Notes: generated by a model from the sequence alone, not told the origin. A stretch of DNA of 64,000 nucleotides from an uncultured Gammaproteobacteria bacterium (GCA_964460145.1 CAYWPH010000001.1:26579-90578); one strand, 5' to 3'. Positions 36,736 to 48,346 are shown, counted from the first letter of the stretch. Program-made: numbers and translations.

Positions 36736-39435
36736 ATGTTAAATATCTTCGGAAAGCTTTTTGACTCTAATGAAAAAGAGATTAGTAAACTGAGTTCTTT
36801 AATAGAAGAGATTAATAGTTTAGAGCAAAAAGTAAAAAAACTAAAAGATGCGGATTTCCCCCAAAAAACAAAAGAATTAAAAGAAAGAGTTGAAGACGGT
36901 GAACCCCTTGAAAATATTATGGCCCAAGCTTTTGCTTTGGTCAGGGAGGCATCGGTTAGGACTTTGGGTTTAAGGCATTTTGACGTACAACTTATGGCGG
37001 CAGCCTCTTTGGCTTTCGGAAAGATAGCAGAGCAAAAAACAGGAGAAGGAAAAACTCTGTCTGCTACTCCAGCACTTTTTTTGCATGCACTAACAGGGAA
37101 AAGCGTTCACTTAGTTACCGTAAACGATTATTTGGCAAGAAGAGATGCCGGGTGGATGGGGCCTATCTTTAATTATTTGGGAATGAGTGTTTCTTCAATA
37201 ATAAGCGAGCAATCCTTTCTTTTTGACCCTAAATTTACAAATAAAGAGGCAAATGACGTCAGGCTTTTGCATTTAAAGGAAATAGAAAGAAGAGAGGCTT
37301 ATGAGGCAGACGTGGTTTATGGTATAAATTCAGAATTTGGCTTTGATTATTTAAGAGATAATATGGCTCAAGATAAAGACTCTTTGGTTCAAAGAGGATT
37401 TAATTTTGCTGTTGTTGACGAAGTTGACTCAGTACTTATTGATGAAGCAAGAACTCCGCATATTATTTCAGCGCCCGATGAAGAGCCTACCCAAAAATAT
37501 TATGAATACGCAAAGCTAGTTGATAAATTATCGTCAGACACTGACTATAAAATTGATGAGAAATTAAGAACAGCTCATTTAACTGATCATGGAATTGGAA
37601 AAGTTGAAAAGCTTTATGGACTTTCAAATATTTATGAAAAAGATTTCGATACGGTTTACCATTTAGAAGCAGCGCTTAAAGCAAGAACTCTTTTTCACAA
37701 AGAAAAAGACTATATCGTAAAAGATGGAGAGGTAATCTTAGTAGATGAATTTACGGGAAGGCTTATGATTGGAAGAAGGCTTTCTGAAGGTTTGCATCAG
37801 GCAATTGAGGCAAAAGAAGGAGTTTCGGTTCAAAGAGAGTCAAAGACACTTGCAACAGTTTCACTGCAAAACTACTTCAGAATGTACGAAAGACTTGCCG
37901 GTATGACAGGAACTGCAGTGACAGAAGCTGAAGAGTTTCACAAAATATATAAACTAGACGTTGTTGCTATTCCAACTCACAGGGACATGATTAGAAAGGA
38001 CATGGGGGATGCGATATATAAAACTTCCAGAGCCAAATACAGTGCGGTTGCTTTAGAAATTGAAAAAGCTCACAAAAAAGGCCAGCCAGTTCTAGTTGGA
38101 ACAACCTCTATTGATAAAAACGAAATAGTTAGTGAGCTTCTAAAAAGAAAAGGCATAAAACACGAAGTATTAAATGCTAAAAATCATGAAAGAGAAGCAG
38201 AGATTATTGCAAAAGCAGGAGAAAAAGGAGCAGTAACTGTTGCAACGAATATGGCTGGACGTGGAGTAGATATTATCCTAGGAGGCGATACTCCAAAGAA
38301 CACAGATGGAACAGATGATAAAAGTTCAACAGCTTGGAGTCAGTGGGAGAAAAAACATCAGGAGGTACTTGATCTTGGCGGATTATACGTAATAGGAACA
38401 GAAAGGCATGAATCAAGAAGAATAGACAACCAGTTAAGAGGAAGATCAGGAAGGCAGGGAGATCCAGGCCTTTCTCAGTTCTTTGTTGGTCTTGACGATG
38501 ATATTATGAGGCTTTTTGGGGGAGATACAATATCGGGGCTAATGACAAGATTTAATATGCCAGAAGACGTTCCTCTTTCGCATCCATTAGTTTCCCGCGC
38601 TATTGAACAAGCTCAAGTTAAAGTTGAAGGGTACAACTTTGATATCAGAAAACATTTGGTTGATTATGACGACGTTTTAAATAAACAAAGAGAAATAATT
38701 TACCAAAGAAGAAAATCAATTCTTGAAACAGATGAGAAATCTAAAGATTTAAGACAAGATCTAATTGAGAAAATTCATGCAAGTATTTCTGCAATTGTAA
38801 ACATGTATTCTGAAAGCTTTGAAGATGGAAAGTCCCCATCTGAAAAAATCGCAGAGCAATTTGCAACAATAATACCTTTTGATGAAAATTCAGTAAAGCA
38901 AATCTCTACTCAACTTGAACAACTGAAAAACTTAGAAGAGAAAACGTCTTTCTTAGTAAATATTTCCAATGATCTTTATGAAAAACGAGAAAAAGAAATG
39001 GGAGAAGATGTTATGCGCCAGTTAGAAAAATTTGTGTCTTTATCAGTTATCGATAACCTATGGGTTGATCATTTAGATGCAATAGATAATTTAAGACAGG
39101 GTATTGGACTTAGAGGATACGGACAAAAAGATCCGTTAGTTGAGTATAAAAATGAAGCATACACAATGTTTGAGAAATTAATTAATGCAATTGATGATGA
39201 AATGGTTCATAGAATCTATAAAATTCATGTTCATCAAAATCCACCTGTAGAAAATCCGCTTAATAGGCCTGGTGTTACTCAGAGTGCAGCCGGTTCTAAT
39301 ATAAATAAGGAAGTTTCAGATGATCAGAAAACTAAGGTTAAGAAAAAACTTGGCAGAAATGATCCATGCTGGTGTGGAAGAACTAAAGCAGATGGAACAC
39401 CTGTGAAATATAAAAATTGTCACTACCCGAATTAA
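36736..39435 (+). CDS. secA: Preprotein translocase SecA
   Basis: KTGEGKT, VDEVDSVLIDEARTP, TNMAGRG, RGRSGRQGDPG, C-terminal GRNDPCWCG; ATG follows TGTTAAGAT. Confidence 0.98.
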   Translation: MLNIFGKLFDSNEKEISKLSSLIEEINSLEQKVKKLKDADFPQKTKELKERVEDGEPLENIMAQAFALVREASVRTLGLRHFDVQLMAAASLAFGKIAEQKTGEGKTLSATPALFLHALTGKSVHLVTVNDYLARRDAGWMGPIFNYLGMSVSSIISEQSFLFDPKFTNKEANDVRLLHLKEIERREAYEADVVYGINSEFGFDYLRDNMAQDKDSLVQRGFNFAVVDEVDSVLIDEARTPHIISAPDEEPTQKYYEYAKLVDKLSSDTDYKIDEKLRTAHLTDHGIGKVEKLYGLSNIYEKDFDTVYHLEAALKARTLFHKEKDYIVKDGEVILVDEFTGRLMIGRRLSEGLHQAIEAKEGVSVQRESKTLATVSLQNYFRMYERLAGMTGTAVTEAEEFHKIYKLDVVAIPTHRDMIRKDMGDAIYKTSRAKYSAVALEIEKAHKKGQPVLVGTTSIDKNEIVSELLKRKGIKHEVLNAKNHEREAEIIAKAGEKGAVTVATNMAGRGVDIILGGDTPKNTDGTDDKSSTAWSQWEKKHQEVLDLGGLYVIGTERHESRRIDNQLRGRSGRQGDPGLSQFFVGLDDDIMRLFGGDTISGLMTRFNMPEDVPLSHPLVSRAIEQAQVKVEGYNFDIRKHLVDYDDVLNKQREIIYQRRKSILETDEKSKDLRQDLIEKIHASISAIVNMYSESFEDGKSPSEKIAEQFATIIPFDENSVKQISTQLEQLKNLEEKTSFLVNISNDLYEKREKEMGEDVMRQLEKFVSLSVIDNLWVDHLDAIDNLRQGIGLRGYGQKDPLVEYKNEAYTMFEKLINAIDDEMVHRIYKIHVHQNPPVENPLNRPGVTQSAAGSNINKEVSDDQKTKVKKKLGRNDPCWCGRTKADGTPVKYKNCHYPN

Positions 39436-40076
39436 ATCTTCAAATCCGAATAGATTTTTCTCATATATGGTAATAATTTTGTTTTAAGTTCATTTCTGTT
39501 ATTCATGGTTACAAGTTTTCTCGTTATTACTGAATGACAAACAGGACATAATATGCACCATTCATCTCGTTTTGTTGATTTAGGAACAATATGATGCCAT
39601 TCGCAAATACCGATTCCACACACTTCGCATTTTTGACCATATAGCCTAAGAGCCTCTCTTCTATATGTTGACCTTGTTGTTCCTTTTCTATTTTTCCATA
39701 AATTATAGTTCATCCTATAATATTTAATAACAACTTCTGTTACCCCTAATTTTTTAGCGATCTTTTTGTCAGTCATTTTACGCCAATTATATCTTATAAA
39801 AGAGCGCTCTCCTGTTTTTAGCTGATGTGTTTTTGATCTCATTCCTGCTTTATTTAACGCTTTTGACCAAGATCCGAATCTTCTCATAACTGTTCTTGGA
39901 GCTGGACCAGGAAACTTATTTAATTCTCTTGAAGTTGGTGATCTACCTAAAATCTTGTAGATACCCTTTAGATAATTTAATATATCATCGTTAGAGTAAT
40001 CTCTTTTAAATTTTTGATTTCTAGTTCGATTCAATACTTTTATTGAAGCATAAAATATAAAAAGTGTCATGGCCAA
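39432..40076 (-). CDS. HNH endonuclease-like protein with an N-terminal homing-endonuclease-associated repeat and HTH
   Basis: LGRSPTSRE..RRFGSWSKALNKAG repeat; CEVCG..WHHIVP..LCPVCH; true start may be ATG 40070 or TTG 40034. Confidence 0.75.
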   Translation of the reverse strand: MAMTLFIFYASIKVLNRTRNQKFKRDYSNDDILNYLKGIYKILGRSPTSRELNKFPGPAPRTVMRRFGSWSKALNKAGMRSKTHQLKTGERSFIRYNWRKMTDKKIAKKLGVTEVVIKYYRMNYNLWKNRKGTTRSTYRREALRLYGQKCEVCGIGICEWHHIVPKSTKRDEWCILCPVCHSVITRKLVTMNNRNELKTKLLPYMRKIYSDLKI

Positions 40077-40120
40077 ATTAAAATTAATATTGACAGATAA
40101 AATTAGTCTTGTATAATTAA

Positions 40121-41593
40121 ATGGTTTTGGTCAATAAATTTATTAGGAAATACTCTTTTGAGATTGCACTATTAATTGGAACATTAATTTACTACCTCTT
40201 TTTTGTTAATAAAAATTTAGTGACTTTTGATGAGGGGTATTTTGTTCACAGTGCTGAAAGAATACTAAAGGGAGAGATACCTTATAAGGATTTTTCACTC
40301 CAGTATGGCCCAGTCTATTTTTACCTTCTGGCAATATTTTACAAAATATTCGGCACTTTTATTATTACAGGAAGATTTCTAAATTTAACATTTTGTCTTT
40401 TAATTATTGGCAGCTTACTCTATTTACTTAACTTACTTAAGATTAAGTCTAAAAAAGTAATTTTATTAGTTCTTCTTTCGGCTGTTTCTTTCGGATTCCC
40501 GCTTATAAATATTCCCAATATTATGTGGCCAACAGTACTGATTTCGATACTTCTTATAATATCTTCAATATTGTTTTTTCAAACTAAAAATACCCGTTAT
40601 TTATTTTTATTAGGAGTGCTTATTGCACTACTTTTTTCATTAAAGCAAAATTTTGCCATTGTTTATTTAATTTTCTATAACTTAATAATTATTCTTAAAG
40701 AAAAAAAAGACCTCAAAGAGGTTTTTAAAAATCTCTTAATTATAAATTTAACTTGGGGATTTTTAACTTTTTCTTGGATTTATTATTTTTTCTTAAGAGA
40801 TAATTTACAAGGATTTATTGATTATATAAATTTTAGTAAAAACTTTATTGCTTCTTATGCATTTTCTTACCCGCCGATTACAAATGTTTTTAAACCCTTT
40901 GGTTTTTTTAAGCTTATTCCATATTACTTGCCCATTGTTGTTTTAATAGTTACATTAATACTTTCTTTTAAAAAGAAAGTAGATTGGAAAATAATCTTAT
41001 TTTCCCTAAGTTCTTGTTTAGGATTTTTTGTTGCTATTTATCCTCAAAGCGATTTGCTGCATGTTTTTCCATTTTTTGGATTAATTTTAGTCTCGTTAAT
41101 TTTTTTATTTTATAAAGAAAAAATATTTAAATATATTGTAGTTTTAATTTTGCTTTCCAGTGCAATTGGTTTTTATTTAACATTTTTCCAAAACATTTAT
41201 GAGAATCATTATCTCAAGGATAACTCTGTTGTTTCCTTGCAGAGAGCAAAAGGAATATTGGTTGAAGAATCTCAGGCAACAACAATAGAATCAATAAGTG
41301 AATTTCTTAACAAGAATACAACAAGAAATGATTATGTATTATTTTACCCCTATCATCCTCTTTTTTATTTTATTTTTGAAAGAAAAAATCCTTCCAAAGA
41401 TCAAACTTATTATGTAAGAGCCTGGCGTTTTTATGATGATGATAAAATAATCTCAGAAATACGGCAAAAGAAGGCAAAATATATAATTGCTTATGGTCCG
41501 TATGTTTTTGATACTAAATTGTCTGATTTTATTATTAGTCAAGAAAAAGTCAGTAGTTTTAGATCTGTAGTGATTTTTAAAATTAAGTATTAA
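40121..41593 (+). CDS. GT-C (ArnT/PMT-like) membrane glycosyltransferase
   Basis: FDEG after TM1, GEIPYKDF..YGP, many TM segments. Confidence 0.75.
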   Translation: MVLVNKFIRKYSFEIALLIGTLIYYLFFVNKNLVTFDEGYFVHSAERILKGEIPYKDFSLQYGPVYFYLLAIFYKIFGTFIITGRFLNLTFCLLIIGSLLYLLNLLKIKSKKVILLVLLSAVSFGFPLINIPNIMWPTVLISILLIISSILFFQTKNTRYLFLLGVLIALLFSLKQNFAIVYLIFYNLIIILKEKKDLKEVFKNLLIINLTWGFLTFSWIYYFFLRDNLQGFIDYINFSKNFIASYAFSYPPITNVFKPFGFFKLIPYYLPIVVLIVTLILSFKKKVDWKIILFSLSSCLGFFVAIYPQSDLLHVFPFFGLILVSLIFLFYKEKIFKYIVVLILLSSAIGFYLTFFQNIYENHYLKDNSVVSLQRAKGILVEESQATTIESISEFLNKNTTRNDYVLFYPYHPLFYFIFERKNPSKDQTYYVRAWRFYDDDKIISEIRQKKAKYIIAYGPYVFDTKLSDFIISQEKVSSFRSVVIFKIKY

Positions 41594-41595
41594 GT

Positions 41596-43332
41596 ATGAA
41601 ATTTATTAAAAATAATTTAAAAATCTTAGTGACTGCATTTCTTATTTTTATAATAAGTGCTATTTATATTACATATCCTCTCATATTTAATTTAGGAAGC
41701 CTTATAACCGGATATGGAGATCAATATCTTCATGTTTATGTAATGAATTGGGTAGTGCACTCTTTTTTTACAAATCCCTTAACAATTTTTGACGGAAGTA
41801 TTTATTATCCATTCCTAAACCCTATCGCTTATTCAGATATTTTTATAACCTCAAGCATATTAGGAATCATTCCTCTTTTTCTAATAGGTGAGCCGGTAGC
41901 TATTGTTAACTTTACTTTAATTTCATCAATTTTCATGGTTGGTTTTTTTACATTTCTGCTTTCCTATTATTTAACTAAGAACTTTTGGGCGTCGGTGGTA
42001 TCAGGATTACTTCTTATTTTCTCACCTGTATTTTTAGATAAAAAAACTCATATTCAGATTCTTTCTATTCAGTGGGTTCCTTTAGCAATTTTATTTTTTA
42101 TAGTCTTTACAAAAAGCTTTAAAACTCGTTATCTTTTTTTATCTTTGCTTTTTTTTCTTTTGCAATTTTATAACAGTTTTTTACCGGCTTATTTCTTAAT
42201 CTTTTTTTACGTAATTTATCTTTTGTTTATTTGGATTAAGGATAGAAAATCTTTAAAGAGAATATTTACTAAGAATAATTTGTTGATAATTGTCCTTTTA
42301 CTACTTTTAATAATTCCAATAATTAAGCCTTATTTAGACGTTGACAGAAAATACCATGCTGTAAGAGATATACGGGATGCAATCCATTTTGCTCTTCAGC
42401 CTGAAGATTTAATTTATCCAAACGAGCATACAATTCTTGAACCAATACTAAAAAATCTTTCTGATCTTCAAAGATATACAAGAACGGATGAAATCAAGAC
42501 TGGATATATTGGATTAATGTTTAGCATACTTTCTGTTTTTACATTTTTTTACTGTCTTAAAAGATTTAGAAAGATTAATATTTTACAAAAAAGCTTTTTT
42601 ACAACAGGACTCTTGGGTTTAATATTGAGCTTTGGTCCGGCTCTTCATTTTGCAAGGCAAACTATTCACAGTCCCTTTCCAATTATTTTGCCATATGCGC
42701 TCTTTTATTACATTATCCCGGGGTTTAATGGATTTAGAAATGCTGCCAGATGGGAAATGCTTTTTATATTCTGTATGGCGGTATTAATTTCTTTAATACT
42801 TCCTTTAGTTTTAAAAAACTTCAAAAAATCTTGGATTATTTATTTAATTTTAATATTAGGAATTGTTGTGGAATATAATTTTCCGATGAAGTTTTATAAA
42901 GTTTTATCTATAAATCAGTTCCCAAAAGTTTATGAGTGGATGAATACAACCCCAAAAGACTCAGTGTTTATTTTAATGCCGATTTATAACTGGAATTCTC
43001 CAAATTCAAGCATAGAACTTGAAAGACAATATTTTTATACAAAGAGTTTTCGAAAAACAGTAAATGGATATAGCGGTTTTTCTCCTGGGTCTTGGCAAAA
43101 AGACGTATTAAATCTATTTAATAATTTCCCAAGTACAGAATCTATTAATAAAATTAAGGCAATGGGGGTTGATTTTATAGTAGTTAATAAACAAGAGTAT
43201 GACAGTCTTTATAAGAATAAATATTATTTATTAGGAGATGGAAACTATGTTATTTCAGCCTTAAATAAGACTCCTAAACTTATCATAAAAGAAAAATTTG
43301 GTGATACTTTTGTTTATGGTTTTGTTGATTAG
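41596..43332 (+). CDS. YfhO-like multi-TM protein (probable GT-C glycosyltransferase)
   Basis: GD after TM1, FRNAARW, VNGYSGF motifs. Confidence 0.7.
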   Translation: MKFIKNNLKILVTAFLIFIISAIYITYPLIFNLGSLITGYGDQYLHVYVMNWVVHSFFTNPLTIFDGSIYYPFLNPIAYSDIFITSSILGIIPLFLIGEPVAIVNFTLISSIFMVGFFTFLLSYYLTKNFWASVVSGLLLIFSPVFLDKKTHIQILSIQWVPLAILFFIVFTKSFKTRYLFLSLLFFLLQFYNSFLPAYFLIFFYVIYLLFIWIKDRKSLKRIFTKNNLLIIVLLLLLIIPIIKPYLDVDRKYHAVRDIRDAIHFALQPEDLIYPNEHTILEPILKNLSDLQRYTRTDEIKTGYIGLMFSILSVFTFFYCLKRFRKINILQKSFFTTGLLGLILSFGPALHFARQTIHSPFPIILPYALFYYIIPGFNGFRNAARWEMLFIFCMAVLISLILPLVLKNFKKSWIIYLILILGIVVEYNFPMKFYKVLSINQFPKVYEWMNTTPKDSVFILMPIYNWNSPNSSIELERQYFYTKSFRKTVNGYSGFSPGSWQKDVLNLFNNFPSTESINKIKAMGVDFIVVNKQEYDSLYKNKYYLLGDGNYVISALNKTPKLIIKEKFGDTFVYGFVD

Positions 43333-43355
43333 CTTAAATTTGCTATGATTTATAT

Positions 43356-44225
43356 ATGCAGGGTAAAAGTATTCATTATCAAAAACTACTAAAAAAGTGG
43401 AGCGAAAAACATAAGGATCTACAAAGGCAGATTTTCGAAAAACACAAGGATGCTTTTGATTGGCTTGAGAATAATTCAAAACAATTAGTAGTTGGTTCAA
43501 TTGCCGGCATATTTATGCTTACAAACCCGATTATTCCACAAATTCCAGCTACTTTTTCTGCGGGCCTTTCTCAACAAGAACCAGTTGATAAAAGAGTTTT
43601 TCTAGTTTACGATTTAAAAAATGTTTTGCCTCCAGATGTTAGGCCGTTAACCTTAGATGAAGAGGCTAAAGTTACGGAGGTACTATCGAGAACTTTTGGT
43701 GTTAACGCAGTAGGAGAGCTATCAGGTAAAAGACTTAATTCGCAATATGGCTATATTGGCCAAGAGCAGCATTTGGCAAGATTTCCAGGAGACAATATGT
43801 TTGCTCATTTTGATAATCCAGAGGAATCTTTTGAGTTTGGAAAACATGGAATGGCTCCGGGGCTTGGCGCTTTTAGATATTTTGCTAATTCAAGGGGAGA
43901 AATGACAGAGGAAGATAATTTAAGAGAAAAATATTATATTGCAGTACAAACTTTTCTTTCCCCTGGTTTTAATGAAAACGTTAGGGAATATATGGATTTT
44001 TATAAATATAGAAAAATGCTTGTAGTAAATCCTCAAAATGGAAAAGCAGTTATAGCTGATATTGCAGACTCAGGTCCTGCTGCATGGACAGGCAAGCAAT
44101 TAGGCGGTTCGCCTGAAGTTATGAGATATTTAGAAAGAGTAGACGGTTCTCAAAGAGGGCCTGTTTTGTACTTTTTTGTAGACGATCCTGAAAATAAAGT
44201 TTCTTTGGGACCGGTTGGTTTATAA
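43356..44225 (+). CDS. Hypothetical protein
   Basis: 289-aa ORF, TGCTATGAT 6 nt before the ATG; IADSGPA..GGSPE motif. Confidence 0.75.
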   Translation: MQGKSIHYQKLLKKWSEKHKDLQRQIFEKHKDAFDWLENNSKQLVVGSIAGIFMLTNPIIPQIPATFSAGLSQQEPVDKRVFLVYDLKNVLPPDVRPLTLDEEAKVTEVLSRTFGVNAVGELSGKRLNSQYGYIGQEQHLARFPGDNMFAHFDNPEESFEFGKHGMAPGLGAFRYFANSRGEMTEEDNLREKYYIAVQTFLSPGFNENVREYMDFYKYRKMLVVNPQNGKAVIADIADSGPAAWTGKQLGGSPEVMRYLERVDGSQRGPVLYFFVDDPENKVSLGPVGL

Positions 44226-44232
44226 TACAGAT

Positions 44233-44559
44233 ATGAAGAGAAAACATTTTTATTCACATTTAGTTGAGACTACGCATATTACTCTTGAAATTGCAGAGCT
44301 TGATGTTACAAGTGGAGAAAGAGTACATCTTTTATCTTTGGTTGAGGCAAATATACATACAACTATTGTATCAAAGGTATTAGACGAGCTAGATCCTTTG
44401 GACAAGAAAAAATTCTTAAGTAATTTGTCTTTAGAAGATCATGATAAAACGTTGTCTCACCTTAAAGAAAATGTCAGTGATATAGAGGAAAAACTAAAAA
44501 AAGAGATAGATAAGGTAACTAAGGAGCTACTCGAAGATATTAAAGAAGCTAAAAGTTAA
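44233..44559 (+). CDS. Hypothetical helical protein
   Basis: TATAAT 6 nt before ATG 44233. Confidence 0.7.
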   Translation: MKRKHFYSHLVETTHITLEIAELDVTSGERVHLLSLVEANIHTTIVSKVLDELDPLDKKKFLSNLSLEDHDKTLSHLKENVSDIEEKLKKEIDKVTKELLEDIKEAKS

Positions 44560-44858
44560 GATATGAAATGGCCGAATTTATTAAAATCTACTTTATTTTT
44601 TACGTCAAATTCTACTCCCTCTTTTTCAAGCATCTGTTTTTGAATACCTGGGCCTCCAAAAGCGTATCCAGATGATATTTCTCCTTTTGAATTAATAACT
44701 CTGTGACAGGGAATGTTTTTAGGATCTTTATTTGCATGCAGGGCAAATCCTACAACTCTTGGGTCAATTGATAAAAGTCTTGAAATTGCTCCATAAGTTG
44801 TAACTTTTCCCCTTGGAACCGATGCCACTAAATAGTAAACTTTATCAAACGTATTCAT
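44556..44858 (-). CDS. MGMT family / alkyltransferase-like protein
   Basis: VPRGKVTTYG, PRVVG, IPCHRVIN active site. Confidence 0.92.
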   Translation of the reverse strand: MNTFDKVYYLVASVPRGKVTTYGAISRLLSIDPRVVGFALHANKDPKNIPCHRVINSKGEISSGYAFGGPGIQKQMLEKEGVEFDVKNKVDFNKFGHFIS

Positions 44859-45628
44859 TTTATAAGAATATACCAAAAAATTATTGCAGCAACAATCCTA
44901 TAAATTCCAAAGGAAATAAAGCTATGATTTTGCAAAAATCTCAAAAAAAGTTTTACTACAATAACTGCTACTATAAATGATCCGATAAATCCTGTTGCCA
45001 GAATTGACCATTCATAAGTGTTAAATGAAAAATTGCTTTTTAACATATTAAGTGTAGTTGCGCCAAGCATTGTCGGGACTGCCAGTAAAAATGAAAATTC
45101 TGCAGCTGCTTTTCTTTTGGTTCCCAAAAAAAGTGCAGCAACAATCGTTGAGGCAGACCTTGATACTCCCGGAATAACGGCAATAGATTGGAAAATTCCT
45201 ATTATAAATGCATTCTTGAGAGTAATTTTTTCTATAGAATCAACATGATGATCTTTTTCTTTATACAAAAGCTCAAGGATAATGAGTAAAATTCCTCCGA
45301 TAAGTAAAGCCAAAAGAGTAATATAAAGGTTTCCTAAAAGAAATGATTTGATAAACTTAAAAAGCACAAAGCCTACAATAGCTGTTGGTATAAAGGCCGC
45401 TAAAACCCTTTTCCAAATTTCTTTGCTTTGTATAAAACTTTTAAAATATAAAGCAACAATTGAAAGTATTGCTCCAAGCTGAATGACTATTTCAAAGTCT
45501 TTTACAAAATCCGTTTGTCTTATTTTTAAAATTTCCAAGGTGAGTATCAGGTGTCCTGTTGAGGATATGGGTAAAAATTCTGTTATTCCTTCAACAATAG
45601 AAAGAATAATTGCGGCGAGATAGTCCAT
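44855..45628 (-). CDS. uppP: Undecaprenyl-diphosphatase
   Basis: EGITEFLPISSTGHL and PGVSRSAST. Confidence 0.96.
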   Translation of the reverse strand: MDYLAAIILSIVEGITEFLPISSTGHLILTLEILKIRQTDFVKDFEIVIQLGAILSIVALYFKSFIQSKEIWKRVLAAFIPTAIVGFVLFKFIKSFLLGNLYITLLALLIGGILLIILELLYKEKDHHVDSIEKITLKNAFIIGIFQSIAVIPGVSRSASTIVAALFLGTKRKAAAEFSFLLAVPTMLGATTLNMLKSNFSFNTYEWSILATGFIGSFIVAVIVVKLFLRFLQNHSFISFGIYRIVAAIIFWYILIK

Positions 45629-45690
45629 AGCAATATTATATACTATTACTTTATTTGCAAAGTGTGGCTAAATTACCTACAATTAACTCA

Positions 45691-46074
45691 ATGGCAAGGA
45701 TTAAAAAAGAATCTGAGGATATTATTTGGGACAAAAAAAAGATTTTTGTAACAGTTGTTATAGCAATTCTAATTATTGCAATTGGTTTTCAATTAAAATC
45801 ATATTTGATAGCAGATCAAAATTCTCCAAAAGTGTCTGAAAAACTTAAGAAACAGGTAAAAAGTACTAATACTTCCGATTTATCAAATAATATAAGAGAG
45901 GGTATAGAAGAAAGCTTTAATAATTTAAAAAATCAAGCTCAAGGTCTTGACGTTGCAGAAATTGCCACTTCTTCTCCACAGGTGCAAAAAATCATAAATG
46001 ATTTAAAAACTCTTCAAGATTTACCTAAAAGTCAGTTAAAAAGCACTTGTGAGAGAGTTTGCAGCGGGTTGTAA
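45691..46074 (+). CDS. Hypothetical single-TM protein
   Basis: TM segment, C-terminal CxxxC; TACAAT before the ATG. Confidence 0.7.
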   Translation: MARIKKESEDIIWDKKKIFVTVVIAILIIAIGFQLKSYLIADQNSPKVSEKLKKQVKSTNTSDLSNNIREGIEESFNNLKNQAQGLDVAEIATSSPQVQKIINDLKTLQDLPKSQLKSTCERVCSGL

Positions 46075-47340
46075 ATGAAAGAAAAACTAAAAAAAATATT
46101 AAAAGTTTTAGGTCCTGGGTTTATAACTGGTGCTGCAGATGATGATCCTTCTGGTATTGCAGCTTATTCCCAAACAGGAGCAATGTTTGGGTATTCCCAA
46201 GCCTGGACAGCTCTTTTTTCTTTTCCTTTTATGACGGTTATTCAGGAAATTTGCGGAAGAATAGGGCTTGCTACAGGAATGGGGCTTTCAGGGATAATCA
46301 GAAAATATTATCCCAAATGGATTTTATATTCAGCAGTTTTTATTCTATTCTTTGCAAATACAATAAACATTGCAGCTGACTTAAGCGCAATGGCAGCGGC
46401 TGCACAGTTAATTATTAAGCTTCCATTTGCTTTTTGGTTAATTGTTTTAACCCTAACTACTGTTACTTTGGAAATTTTTGTTTCTTATTCCACTTACTCC
46501 CGTATTCTTAAATACTTAACGTTTTCTCTTTTTTCCTATATTATTGCCGGTTTAATAATAAAGCAGGATTGGATTAGGATACTTAAATCAACAGTTTTAC
46601 CAACAATTCATTTTTCAAAAGAATATTTGTTAAATATTGTTGCAATACTAGGTACAACTATTTCACCCTATTTATTTTTTTGGCAGGCTGACGAAGAAGT
46701 TGAAGAGGAAATAAAGAATCATAAAATTGCAAGCATGGGAAGAGGAAAGCCTCATATAACAGGAAAAGATATTAGCCAGTTAAGGCTAGATACGATTATT
46801 GGCATGTTTTTCTCAAATCTAGTAATGTTTTTTATTATCATTACAACAGCCTCAACGCTTAATTTAAACGGAATAACCAATATTGAAACCGCTGATCAGG
46901 CAGCACTTGCCCTAAGACCAATTGCTGGTGACTTTGCTTTTTTACTTTTCGCAGCTGGTATTATAGGCACTGGTCTTTTAGCTGTTCCAATACTTGCCGG
47001 AAGTGCGTCTTACGCAATCTCTGAGAGTTTTGGTCTCAAAGCGGGACTTAATAAAAAATTTTCCCAAGCTCCCACTTTTTATTTCGTTATTGCTATTGCG
47101 ACGTTACTTGGTCTTTTAATTGGATTTTTGCCATTTAAGCCATTTGAAATACTTTATTACGCTGCTATATTAAATGGTCTTTCTGCTCCAATTCTTCTTA
47201 TTTTAATCATGAAAATCTCAAACAACAAGCAAATTATGAATAATAGAACAAATCCACGAATTTCTAATATAATGGGGTGGACTATTACGGGAGTTATGGC
47301 CGTTTGTGCTATTTTTGTTGTCTTTTCTTTTTTAATTTAA
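46075..47340 (+). CDS. NRAMP-family divalent metal transporter
   Basis: [17 protein letters not shown] and GTTISPY. Confidence 0.92.
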   Translation: MKEKLKKILKVLGPGFITGAADDDPSGIAAYSQTGAMFGYSQAWTALFSFPFMTVIQEICGRIGLATGMGLSGIIRKYYPKWILYSAVFILFFANTINIAADLSAMAAAAQLIIKLPFAFWLIVLTLTTVTLEIFVSYSTYSRILKYLTFSLFSYIIAGLIIKQDWIRILKSTVLPTIHFSKEYLLNIVAILGTTISPYLFFWQADEEVEEEIKNHKIASMGRGKPHITGKDISQLRLDTIIGMFFSNLVMFFIIITTASTLNLNGITNIETADQAALALRPIAGDFAFLLFAAGIIGTGLLAVPILAGSASYAISESFGLKAGLNKKFSQAPTFYFVIAIATLLGLLIGFLPFKPFEILYYAAILNGLSAPILLILIMKISNNKQIMNNRTNPRISNIMGWTITGVMAVCAIFVVFSFLI

Positions 47341-47341
47341 G

Positions 47342-48346
47342 ATGAATGATATTTTAGACAGAGCAAGGAAAATTTTAGAAAAAATAGATGTTGATGATAA
47401 AAAGTACTCGGCTTCTCAAATAGAAGTTGAGTCTACAAATGCGGATTTTTGGAAAAATCAAGAGCTTGCGACGTCAAAGATGAAGCAGCTTGCAAAACTT
47501 CAAGCAGATATTAACGACTATGAGTTACTTTCGGATTTAATAAAAAAACAAGATGAAAAAGGACTTTCGGATTTGGTTAAAAAACTTGAGAATCTTTTAT
47601 ATTTCTCAGATCCTTATGATAAAGGCCCCGCCATTGTTTCAATTCACTCCGGTCAGGGTGGAGTTGAGGCTATGGATTGGGCAAACATGCTTTATAGAAT
47701 GTACTGCCGGTATTTTGAAAAAAAATCATGGGCGTTTGAAGTAGTTGAAGAAAACCCCGGAGAAGAAGCTGGTATAAAAAGCGTAACAATCTCAGTTAAT
47801 GCAGGCTTTGCATATGGATATTTAAAGCATGAAGCAGGAGTTCACAGGCTAGTTAGGCAGTCTCCTTTTAATGCAGATAAACTAAGACAGACATCCTTTG
47901 CCTTAGTTGAGGTTTTACCGATTGTTGAAGAGGAAAATGAGGTTGAGTTAAAAGATGATGATCTTGAATGGGATTTTTTTAGAAGTGGTGGTCATGGTGG
48001 TCAGAATGTAAATAAAGTAGCAACTGCCGTAAGGCTAAAACACAAGCCAACCGGAATTACCATAACAGCCTCTGGAGAAAGATATCAAGGGAAAAACAGA
48101 GAATATGCTTTAAAAATGCTTCGCGCAAAGCTTTGGCTTATCTCTGAGGAAGAAAAGAAAAAGCAAGAGGAAAGTTTTAAGGGAGGATATAAAACTCCTG
48201 GCTGGGGAAATCAGATTAGATCATACGTTTTGCATCCATACAAAATGGTAAAAGATTTAAGAACCGGTTTTGAGACCTCAAATTCGGAAGCAGTTTTAGA
48301 TGGAGAAATAGACCAGTTTATAGAAGAGGAGCTGAGGCTTTCTTAA
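47342..48346 (+). CDS. prfB: Peptide chain release factor 2 (no programmed frameshift)
   Basis: SPF recognition motif and GGQ; continuous ORF. Confidence 0.96.
   Translation: MNDILDRARKILEKIDVDDKKYSASQIEVESTNADFWKNQELATSKMKQLAKLQADINDYELLSDLIKKQDEKGLSDLVKKLENLLYFSDPYDKGPAIVSIHSGQGGVEAMDWANMLYRMYCRYFEKKSWAFEVVEENPGEEAGIKSVTISVNAGFAYGYLKHEAGVHRLVRQSPFNADKLRQTSFALVEVLPIVEEENEVELKDDDLEWDFFRSGGHGGQNVNKVATAVRLKHKPTGITITASGERYQGKNREYALKMLRAKLWLISEEEKKKQEESFKGGYKTPGWGNQIRSYVLHPYKMVKDLRTGFETSNSEAVLDGEIDQFIEEELRLS

Noticed and set aside
47342-47430. Programmed +1 frameshift in prfB
   Set aside because: No CTT-TGA site; the ORF is continuous. RF2 plus TGA stops also argue against UGA recoding
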